The notes beneath the pieces were generated by a model, which saw only the letters and a program-made list of their open reading frames with translations, was not told the DNA's origin and ran no database searches. DNA of 64,000 nt from Geosiphon pyriformis uo1 (lineage: Eukaryota; Fungi; Glomeromycota): the NCBI GenBank assembly GCA_016748015.1, contig JAAOMT010000003.1:1120373-1184372 (forward strand), read 5' to 3'. Position numbers and translations under genes: made by a program. The first letter of the stretch is position 1; each line of letters starts with the position of its first letter. This document shows positions 38,359 through 49,000 of this stretch, one piece after another.

Positions 38359-39744
38359 ATGAACCCCAAAAACTACAACAATCTCAAACAATATTTGGAG
38401 ACATTAACAATCCCAACAGATTGGTCCCCAGACAAAAAACATTGGTTACAACAACAAGCCAAACAATATTTTCTACACAACAACATTATCTATTATCGAA
38501 ATCTCAAAAACCCAACCAAACCACTCAGATTAATACAAGAACAGAAAAAAGAGACCATTTTATACAATATACACTCAAATTCTTCATCAGCACACTTTGG
38601 AAAAGATAGTACCACCCAAAGAACACTAGAATACTACTTTTGGCCTCGAATGAGAAAAGACATTCACGAATATGTCGAATCTTGTGATATTTGTCAAAGA
38701 AGAGGAGGAACTCGCCCTACAAAACCTTTAAATCCAATCAAAGTTGGACAGCCTTTTGACAGAGTTGGTATCGATTTAGTTGGACCACTATCTATCACCA
38801 CTCAAGGAAACCGTTATATTGCAGTAGCTGTAAACTATCTTACTAAATGGCCTGAAGCCAGAGCCATTTAACAAGCAGATGCAAAATCAGTAACAAATTT
38901 CATCTACGAAGACATCATTTATAGACATAGATGTCCAATTAAACTTTTATCTGATTAGGGAACACACTTTGTAAACAACCTGATACAAAAAATTTGTGAA
39001 CGATTCAATGTCAAAAGACCTCTGTCTTCGCCCTACCATCCACAAACAAATGGACTTGTGGAACAGTTTAACAGAACATTGTGTGAGTCATTAGCCAAAG
39101 TCTCAACTGATTTTAAGCAAGAATGGGATCTCTTTATCCCATCAGTGTTACTAGCATATAGGACATTAAAACAAGATACCACAAAACACACACCATTTGA
39201 TTTAACTTATAGAAGGATGGCAACATTACCAATTAGTTTTACAGTGGAAACATATCCAGCACAACTGATCAATAAAAACAATTTCCAAGAAATGCTTCAG
39301 CGAAGAGCCTACACTCTGCTTAGCACATTGGAAGGAAAACAACAAATAGCAGCCACCCATATTGAACACTCCCAAGCTCAACAAAAAGAACGGCATGATG
39401 ACAAATTGCCTTCAGTCACCAATAAATTCAAAATTGAAAACAAAGTTTTCTTATACAAAACTAAAGCTGAAAAACAATGGAGTGGAAAATTTGAAAATAA
39501 ATGGGATGGACCATTCTTTATTCATGAAGTCTTAGGCAATGGATCATACAAGCTAAGACTTGATAACAAAATCCTAGCAAAAGTTGCACATGGAGATCGT
39601 TTGAAACACTATCATTCCAGAAACAATCCTGAACCATTAATTCCACAAATTGGTACACATTCCCCTTTGGTCAGTCCCAAAGACATTCCCCGAAACTTAG
39701 AACCAATAGTTGTCATTGAACAATCTTCCAACCTGAACACTTAA
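38359..39744 (+). pseudogene. Gypsy-1 integrase, in its own ORF
   Basis: HHCC (H..AHFG...CDICQ), GIDLVGP, YHPQTNGLVE, GPF motif KWDGPFFIHEVLGNGSYKL; no chromodomain; own ATG in a different frame from RH. Confidence 0.9.
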
Positions 39745-39861
39745 TTTAATTTTATTAGTTATTTTCTTATAATTTAGAAACAATCTCACAAAAACAAAAC
39801 AAAAATAACATAAAAACCCATACACCAAAAAATAATTTTTTTTTATTTCAAATCGCTTATA

Positions 39862-40581
39862 ATGACTATTCCTCAAAACATTTAACAATTATCCCAAAAA
39901 CTAATGTTAGCTTTAAAAACAATACCCGAATTATCCATTACTGTTACTGGAAACCACATTAATTATACCCAAACAGAAGTAGTTACAAATTTAGCCCCAA
40001 ATTCACGAAAATATCACCCGTATAAAAAGAACACAAGAAGTTATACTGGAATTCACCTCCCAGAACTTTTAAAGCTTGCTTTAAGAGAAAACCTAATGCC
40101 CACTCCAATTAGTATTCCACCAAATGCTACAATTCAACAAAAACTTCAACTGTGTCTCAATGAGAAAAACACTGAATATCCTCCAATCTATAGATATTTT
40201 CACATAGAAAAAACACTCTATGAACGGAAACTGGAACTTATAACAGCAAACCTCACAAAAGAGGCTATTCAGAAACAACTCCACAATGAATTCAAAACAA
40301 CAACTGGATCAACAAACAGTCACTACAGACTTAAAGCTGCCCTTAGACTTTATGACCTATTCCACACCTGTGAAAACGTACTACAAAACCCAATTTTTCA
40401 ACCTTTGAAAATTCAATACATTGGAAAGCTCACAGAACTGAAATTTCAACAATTTTCAGACCAAATTTCTTCAATAATTTTGGATTATTATCTGGAAATA
40501 ACAAACAGTACTTGGACTTTGACGGAGCTTAGTCTTGAGGAGGAGGTTATGTTACCAGATGAAATTAGAGATATTATTTAA
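39862..40581 (+). CDS. Gypsy-1 ORF3 (env position, unknown soluble basic/helical protein)
   Basis: ATG 39862 (one CAA>TAA at codon 8, intact in copy 2); reads through the PPT and stops inside the 3' LTR; homolog at 43767-44469. Confidence 0.8.
40535..40547 (+). promoter_or_regulatory. Polypurine tract
   Basis: GAGGAGGAGG just before the 3' LTR; GAGAAGAAGG in copy 2 (43790-43800, -). Confidence 0.8.
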
Positions 40582-41534
40582 CATGAAATTATCTTATAAT
40601 TCCTATCATTAATTAGCATATATTATCATTTCAAATGATCACTTATTACATTAGCAAAAATGTCTGAAATTATCATTTAATTAATAACCCAAATTGTACA
40701 CAACACAAATGTAACCTAATTACGATGATCAATCATGCAATACCCCGAACTATGTAACATTCAGAAGTTTGCCGAAATTTGTAGAAATTCACCGAAATAA
40801 TTGATAGTTCACCGAAATATCTAATAGTTTGCCAAAATAACTTGTAATTTGCCAAAATGTATCTTTAATTCAGCGAAATTTTAGAAAATAGCAAAGTTCA
40901 AGTTCATAGAATAGTGTTATGACAAGTTGTATAAAAAAAGAGCTTCTCTCTTCGAGAAAATGTATCTTACCTTAGATTTATCTCTTAAAAACCATTCCTA
41001 TACACACAAAAAGAAATAAATATCAAATAATTCGAAAAAAAACCAAATTCTTTAATTATTGTACTTGGAAAATTCCCAAAACCCAACTAACATTTTAAAA
41101 TTGATTAGCTACCAATTTCAGTAAACTGTTAATGACTCCAGGCCTGGATAGAAAACGTTTCCCTCGACAAAATTCTATTTTTTTTACATTTCTTTTATTT
41201 TCTTTTATTTTCTTATTACAATCATTGGGGTAGTCTACAGACGAGATTCCTGTAGAAGAATTGACTTTCACAGCAAAGTAACTACACATTTTTTTAGTGA
41301 GCTTCCAGATGAGCAATTTCTGGGAAAGAGTTGACGTTTATTACAACGTAACTACATAAAGCAACTGGCATGGAATTGGCCATTCCACTCATAAGCCCAG
41401 CAAGTTCAAATTATAGGAGATAATTTGAAGATAAATTCAGTTACTGGAGGTTCAACCACATCCAGAAAACATGAATTCACAGCAAATAAGTATCAACAAC
41501 ATTACAGAAAAGAGACCAAAAACCTCCAGTAATA
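40550..41534 (+). repeat. 3' LTR of Gypsy-1
   Basis: 985 bp, no indels versus the 5' LTR; terminal CA mutated to TA. Confidence 0.97.
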
Positions 41535-42818
41535 ACAGCTAGATAGTCTGTTTTCATGAGAAAAGCTTCTGTTTGTGTGGTAAAAGCAGTTGATGATAAA
41601 CAATTGTGGATTTCCAGAGATCTGCATTGGGCATTGCTTTATACTTTTCCAATTAGTACTATGGCTCATAATTTTTCTAATTTGTTGGAATTATATGATG
41701 AGAAGACTTGTTTTATTGGCTGTAATTCCAATTTATATGTGCATAATAGATGTGTAATTGTGTGTTTTGTTGACGAGACATTTAAATTGGCTGCTATTGG
41801 TTTTACTTTGGTGTTTAAGGGTGTAAATTTGCATTGGACTAGTTTTTTTTTGGCCCATTGTGCTTATTGCAAACAGTTTGGTCATATTTTTACAGAGTGT
41901 TTATTGGGTGGAAATTCTGGCATTCATGGTAAGCAGATAGTAACTTCTCAGGATCAGGTCTATTTGGCCAACATATATAAGAGGAAGCAGGCATCAATCA
42001 TTTGCCCAGTTTCTTTTGGTGGGAAAACTTGAGCTCAAGTTGCTGGTGGTTCTTCCCCTCATGTGGGTTTATCGGATCTTTTTGGTACTAATTCATCTTC
42101 AAGTGTAAAACCTGTCTTATTGGTTTCTGACTCTCTTGGTAATTCCTGTTTGGTTGATCGATTGGCCTCTCTAAAATGCTCTTTAGGGCTCTTGACAGAT
42201 TAGGTTTCGATTATTATAAGAAAATTGAGCTTTGTGGAATTGGTGTCTTTGGCATCCAAATCTTATGTTCCTCCTCCAGTTGTTCTTGAACCTGTTATGT
42301 CTAATTTGGATTCGGATATAGCCATGGATGATACTCTGCTGTTTCCTCCTCCCTTTCTTTTAGTTGTTACTGCAAACTCAGTTACTGATCTTAGTTCAAG
42401 TAGTTCTAAAGTTCTGACCACCAAGATGGGTGGTTTAGAATTTAAGATGGTGGCTTTAAAGGTGTCAGTTGAATCTGTTTTGGAAAGATTAGATTGTTTA
42501 TGCTCTGGTTTGGGTTTATCAACTTCTCTTACTTTCCAATGAATAACTTCATGTAGAAATTTGCAATGTGTAATGTTCAAGATATTAATATTCCTGCCAA
42601 GCAGAAGGACATTATCTGTTGACATAAAGATTTTGAGAATTTGGTTTTGATAATTACAGAGATGAAGCTGAGGTTTAGCAACAGGTCTTGGATTAGGGAT
42701 AAGTTTGATGAAGTCAGGGTCTTTTTATCTGGGTTGGACAAGGGTTTTCTTGGTGCTGGGATTGCAATTATTATAAACACTTCTCTAGCTTGTCATATTT
42801 GTAAGGTTTTTGAGATGC

Positions 42819-43786
42819 TGTTACTGGAAGTTTTTGGTCTCTTTTCTTAATGGTTGTTGATGTCTGTTTGCTGTAAATTCACATTTTCTGGATGTGGTTG
42901 AACTTCTAGTAGCTGAATTTATCTTTAAATTATCTTTTATAATTTGAACTGCTGGGCTTATAAGTAGAATGGCCAATTCCGTGCCAGTTACTTTGTGTAG
43001 TTATGTTGTAGTAAACGTCAACTTTTTTTCAGGAATTGCTCATCTGGAAGCTCACTAAAAATGTGTAGTTACTTTGCTGTAAAAGTCAACTCTTCTACAG
43101 AAATTTTGTCTGTAAGCTACCCTAATGATTGTAATAAGAAAAGAAAAGAAAAATAAAAGAAATGTAAAAGAAATAAAATTTTATCAAGGGAAACGTTTTC
43201 TATCCAGGCCTGAAGTCACTAACAGTTTACTGAAATTGGTAGCTAATCAATTTCAAAATGTTAGTTGGATTTGGAGATTTTCCAAGTGCAATAATTAAAG
43301 AATTTGGTTTTTTGAATTATTTGATATTTATTTCTTTTTGTGTGTATAGGAATGGTTCTAAATGATAAATCTAAAGTAAGATACATTTTCTCGAAAAGAG
43401 AAGCTCTTCTTTTATACAACTTGTTGTAGTACTAGTCTATAAACTTGAACTTTTTTTTTTACTGTGGTTTCAATAAACTAAAGATACCTTTCAGCGAACT
43501 TACAAGTTATTTCTATAAACTATTGAATATTTCGGTGAACTATTAATTATTTCGGCAAATTTCTACAAATTTCAGCAAACTCTTGAATATTAAATGATTT
43601 AGGGTATTGTGTAATTTGATCATTCTAATTTCTATAGTACAAATTGGGTTATTAATTGATTGATAATATTCGATAATTTGATTAAATAATAAGTGATAAT
43701 TTGAATGCTAATATATGCTAATTTAATGGTAGAAATTATAAAGGTAATATTATGTTAATTAATATCTCAAGTTTTGGTTGGTAATA
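42819..43786 (-). repeat. 3' LTR of Gypsy-2
   Basis: Colinear with 51639-52606; initial TG mutated to TA. Confidence 0.95.
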
Positions 43787-44469
43787 TAACCTTCTTCTCA
43801 AGACTGAGCTCCGTCAAAGTCCAAGTATTGTCTGCACATTCCAGATAGTAATCTAAAATTACTGAAGAAATTTGGTCTGAAAATTGTTGAAATTTCAGTT
43901 CTGTGAGTTTCCTAATGTATTAGATTTTCAGTGGTTGTAAAATTGAGTTTTATAGAACATTTTCACAGGTGTGAAATAGGTCATAAAGTTTAAGAGCTGC
44001 TTTAAGTTTGTAGCGACTGTTTGTCAGTCCAGCCATTGTCTTAAATTTGTTGTAGAGTTGTTTCTGAATGGCTTCTTTTGTGAGGTTGGCTGTTGTGAGT
44101 TCTAGTTTTTGTTCATGCAGTGTTTTTCCAATGTGAAAATATTTATAGATTGGAGGGTATTCATTGTTTTTTTCATTAAGACACTGTTGAAGTTTTTGTT
44201 GTGGCATTTAGTGGAATGTCAATAGGTGGGAACAACAAATTTTCTCTCAAGGCAAGCTTCAAAAGTTCTGGTAAGTGAATTTCAGAATAACTTCTAGTGT
44301 TCTTTTTATAAGAGTAATAATTTCGTAATTTTGGGGATAAGGTTGTGGCTGTTTCTGTTTGAGTATAATTAATATGTTTTCCTGTAATAGTAATAGATAA
44401 TTCAGGTATTGTTTTTAAAGCTAACATTAGTTTTTGGAATAATTGTTGAATGTTTTGTGGAATAGTCAT
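43767..44469 (-). pseudogene. Gypsy-2 ORF3 (frameshifted)
   Basis: MTIPQNIQQLFQKLMLALKTIPELS... and QQKLQQCLNEKNNEYPPIYKYFHIGKTL... match copy-1 ORF3. Confidence 0.8.
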
Positions 44470-44597
44470 TATGATGATTTTTAAGAAACTAAAAATTTTC
44501 CTAAGTGAAATTATTATTATTATTTTTTTGGTATGTGGATTTTATGTTATTTTTGTAAGATTGTTTCTGAGTTTTTATAGAAGAATAACTATAGTAA

Positions 44598-45983
44598 TTA
44601 AGTGTTCAAGTTGGGAGGTTGTTTAATGACAACTATTAATTCCAAATTTTGGGAAATATCTTCAGGGTTAATTAAAGGAAAATGTGTACCAATTTGTGAG
44701 ATTAATGGTTTAGGATGTATTTTAGAGTGATAATGTTTCAATCGATCTCCATGTGCAACTTTTGCTAGTATTTTCCCATCAAGTCTTAACTTGTATGATC
44801 CATTTCTTAAGATTTCATGAACAAAGAATGGTCTATCTTATTTATGTTCAAATTTTCCACTCTATTGTTTTTCAGTCTTAGTTTGGTATAAAAGAACTTT
44901 ATTTCCAACTTTAAATTTGTTTGTAACTGGTGACAGTTTGTTATCATGTCTCTCTTTTTGTTGGGTTTGTGAATTTTCAATGTGAGTGGCTGCTATTTGT
45001 CTTTTTCTTTCTAAAATACTGAGAAAAGTATAAGCTCTTTGCTGAAGTGTTTCTTGTAAGTTTTTTTCTGTGATTGGTTGTACTGAGTATGTTTCTACTG
45101 TGAATTCAATTGGTAGTTTTGTTGTTCTTCCATAAGTAAGATCAAATGGTATGTGTTTTGTTGTATCTTGTTTTAGTGTTCTGTATGCTAGTAACATTGA
45201 TGGAATAAAAATATCCCATTTCTGCTCAAAATCTGTTAAAACTTTGGCTAGTGATTCACACAATGTTCTGTTGAAACGTTCTACTAATCCATTTGTCTGT
45301 GGATAGTAAGGTGAAGATAAAGGTCTTTTGACATTAAATTGTTCACAAATTTCTTGTACCAGGTTGTTCACAAAATGTGTTCCCTGATTGGATAAAAGTT
45401 CAATTGGACATCCATGTCTACAAATAATGTCTTCATAGATAAAATTTGCTACTGATTTTGTATCTGCTCATTGAATAGCTCTGGCTTCGGGCCATTTGGT
45501 AAGATAATCTATTGCTACTGCTATGTATTGGTTTTCTTGCATAGTGATAGATAGTGGTCCGACTAAATCAATACCAACTCGGTCAAAAGGTTGTCCAACT
45601 TTGATTGAATTTAAAAATTCAGTAGGGCATGTTCCTTCTTTTTTTTAATAACTATTACAAAATTCAACATATTGATGTATGTCTCTTCTCATTCGGGGCC
45701 AAAAATAGTATTTTAGTATTCTTTGGATGGTGCTGTCTTTTCCAAAGTATGCTGATAAAGAATCTGAGTACATGTTGTATAATATAGTCTCTTTTTCATG
45801 TTCTTGTATTAATCTGAATAGTTTGTCTGGGTTTTTGAAATTTCAATGATAAATAATATTATTGTATAGGAAATATTGTCTGGCTTGTTGTTGTAATTAA
45901 TGGTTTTCATCTGAAGACCAATCTGTTGGGATTGTTAATGTCTTCAAATATTGTTTGAGATTGTTGTAGTCTTTTGAATTCAT
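44598..45983 (-). pseudogene. Gypsy-2 integrase ORF
   Basis: MNSKDYNNLKQYL..., GIDLVGP, YYPQTNGLVERFN, ends PNLNT*. Confidence 0.88.
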
Positions 45984-46031
45984 TGTTTGTTGGTTATTAA
46001 GTTGGTTAAGTTGAATGTTAATTTGTGTTCT

Positions 46032-49000
46032 CTAATCTTGTCTCATTTTGGAAAGGCAGTCAACATTGGTGTGGAGTTTTCCTGGTTTGTAATGTACTAT
46101 ATATTAGTAGTTTGCCAAAAATTCTGTCTATCTGGTTTGTTTTGTATTTAACTTCATGTTTTTGTTTTGTAACCATTTGAGTTCAATATTATCAGTAATA
46201 ATATCAAATTCCTTTAGGTTTGAGATAAAGATCAAAGTAGTGTAAGACCCATATTACTGCTGCAGTTTCTAATTCCATTGCTGGATAGTTTTTTTTGGCT
46301 GGTTTTAGTGTTCTACTGGTGTAAGCAATTACTCGTTCATTGCCGCTGTCATCTAATTGTGATAAGATGGTACCAAAAGTAGTATATAAAGCATCTGTGG
46401 CTAATCGGAATCGGTTACTGAAGTCTGAGTAGGCAAGAATTGAAGCTGTGATGAGCTTTTTTTTGAGTATTTTGAATGCATTTTGGTATTCTTCTGTCCA
46501 CTTATATTCTGCGTTTTTAGTGTTAAGTTGGTTAAGAGGTTTTGCAATCTCTGAGAATCCTTTAATGAATTTTTGATAATAGAAAGCTAATCCAACAAAT
46601 CCTCTTAATTCTGTGGTATTCTGTGGAATTTTGAAATTTTTAACAGCATTGATTTTTCCTGGATCTGGTTTAACTCCTTTTCCATTAACAATGTAACCAA
46701 GAAAAGCCAAACTTGTTTTTCCAAAATGGCATTTTTCAATATTTAATTTTAATCCTGCTTTATGTAATCGTTGAAAAACTTCTCACAGGTGAATTAGATA
46801 GAGTTCAAAAGATGGTGAATAAACATCAGTGTTATCAAGGTAGACAACTACTGATTTCCAAAGAAGTCCAGTATATACAACATCCATGAGTCTCTGAAAT
46901 GTTGCTGGGGCATTAGACAATCCAAAGAGCATTACATTGAATTCGTAGTTTCTTTCTTGCGTGGTAAATGCTGTTTTGGGACAGTTTTTGGGATCCATGG
47001 CAACTTGTCAGTATCCACTTTCTAAATTCAATGTTGAGAAATATTTGGATTTTCCAAGTGCATCTAACATATCATTAATTCGAAGAAGGGGGTAGGCATC
47101 TCCAATGGTGACATTGTTTAATTGTTTATAGTCAACGCAAAATCAAATTTTTCTATTTTTTTTTAACAAGTACTATTGGTGAAGCTCATGGGCTTATTAA
47201 TGATTGGATGAGCCCATTGTTGAGCATTCTTTGGACTTCTTCTCAGATAAATTGATGGCTTTCTGGGGCAATTTGGTATGCTTGTTGTCATCTAGGTTTG
47301 GTATCTCCTGTATAGATTTGATGTTGAACCAAATCAGTTCTTCCTAAATCATTGTTGTTTTCAGCAAATATGTCTGCATGTTCTGCAATTAACTCCTTGA
47401 GCTGATTCTGTTGTTAGGGTTTTAATTGTTCCATGTTAATTCAGGATAACTTTCCAATAACAATATGGTAGTTTTTAGAGCTGGGTTTTGGATTGAATTT
47501 TGGAAGAGAATGTCCAATAATTTCCGAAAAATTTAAAACTGTTTGGGGTAATTCTTGTTGAAAGATTTTACTATAAATAATTCCAATTTCTAAATTATTT
47601 AGTAAAATGATGGGGTGATGATTAGGGTTGTAAAAAGTAACTTGGACTTTCTTCATTCCTTTTGGAAGATAAATGTTTGGGATTGAGATGCCATGTTTCA
47701 TGCAAATTTGTTCATTGGCTTTGAAGATTTGTTAAGTAGTAGTGGGTTTTACACAGATATAAATTTTGTAATGTTCTTCAAAGAGTTAAATGGTTATTGG
47801 TTGTAGAAGTCTGAGAATTTGGTGAGATTCATTCTGTGTATTAAGGACTATATTAACTGGAACCATGAATTGTCCAGTTGAACCAAAATCTTGGGTTCCT
47901 CTCTTGCTTTTCCCTAATTGTTCTCTTTGATTGACTAATTGCAAACCCGAAATGTTGATTAAGGGTAAATAAATAGCTTGGGCAATCTTTTCAGTGTGTT
48001 CAATCTTGAATGGTTTGTCAGTTTCATTTTGAAGCATTACTGTAATATCTCCAGTGTATCCAGCATCAATAATTCCTCCTCTTATGTTGATTTTTTTGCT
48101 TGTTAAAGAGGATCAGAAGGTGATTTGCACCATCGTTCCTGGTGGGATTTCAAGGACAATTTTTAGATTAATTTTTGTAAAAGATTTTGGTTGAAGAATG
48201 AGGGTATTTTTCTCTGGATATCTTAGATCATATCCAGCATCAATTTCGTGGGCTTTTTCAGGCTTGATTTCTTGTCTTTTATTGTTAAAGTATTTGAATA
48301 TTATGACAGGTTGGTTTTCAGTAAGATAAATAAGAGTTATTGGAACTTTTTCATCCTGTATTCCAAATTCGATTTCATGCTGGTCATCTTTAATTGGTAG
48401 TGGGATGCTAAAAGCATAGCATTCAGGACACCACTGTTCATCACAAGACATAATGCATTCTTCACATAGCCTAATGTTCATTTGCTCTAATCATTAAATT
48501 TGAGCTTCTTGGGTTGAATAAGTGTGACTTGTAATTTGGTGGTAGGCTTCTACTTCATTTTCATAATCAAATCCAGCTAATTCTATAGTGTATTCAATGT
48601 ATTCTGCTTCTTTTATTTGACAAACATCTTCTTTGGTAGCTCTATTAACTAATGTCATTGCTAAGTCAAAAATCATCTCAGCATCATGGGGGTAGTGATA
48701 AAGTTTGTTAAGAACACTGTTGTATGCTGCATCAAAAGGTGTTCTTCTTTTGATTTTTTCTGAAATTGATAAAGCATATTGGCAGGTTTGATCGCAGACT
48801 CCTCCTCTTATTGCTACATTAATCCAATTGCATTCTTCTGGTAGCATATCTCCACAAGTCAAACAAGGGGTGTTGTCCCATTTTCCACTTCTTTTTATTA
48901 GATGGCCCCATTATTTTCTGTGGCAAGTCTTACAGTAATAACAAGTATGATTTTCATATTCTTCTTTAGGTAAAATGCAGGCTCCCATTGATGAAAGTTT

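Larger units (their letters stand above)
32362..41534 (+). mobile_element. Ty3/Gypsy LTR retrotransposon (copy 1), dUTPase-bearing
   Basis: Two 985-bp LTRs TGTTACC...GTAA(C/T)A; TSD ACAA/ACAG (ancestral ACAG); PBS; PPT; domain order PR-RT-RH-IN. Confidence 0.97.
31419..42542 (+). pseudogene. LINE ORF1 (RRM-like region, CCHC knuckle CAYCKQFGHIFTEC, coiled coil), interrupted by Gypsy-1
   Basis: ORFs 31311-31931, 32016-32309, 41556-42032 and 42225-42542 are colinear and separated by transition-type stops. Confidence 0.85.

Noticed and set aside
39862-40581. Envelope gene
   Set aside because: No signal peptide, TM anchor or furin/fusion-peptide pattern
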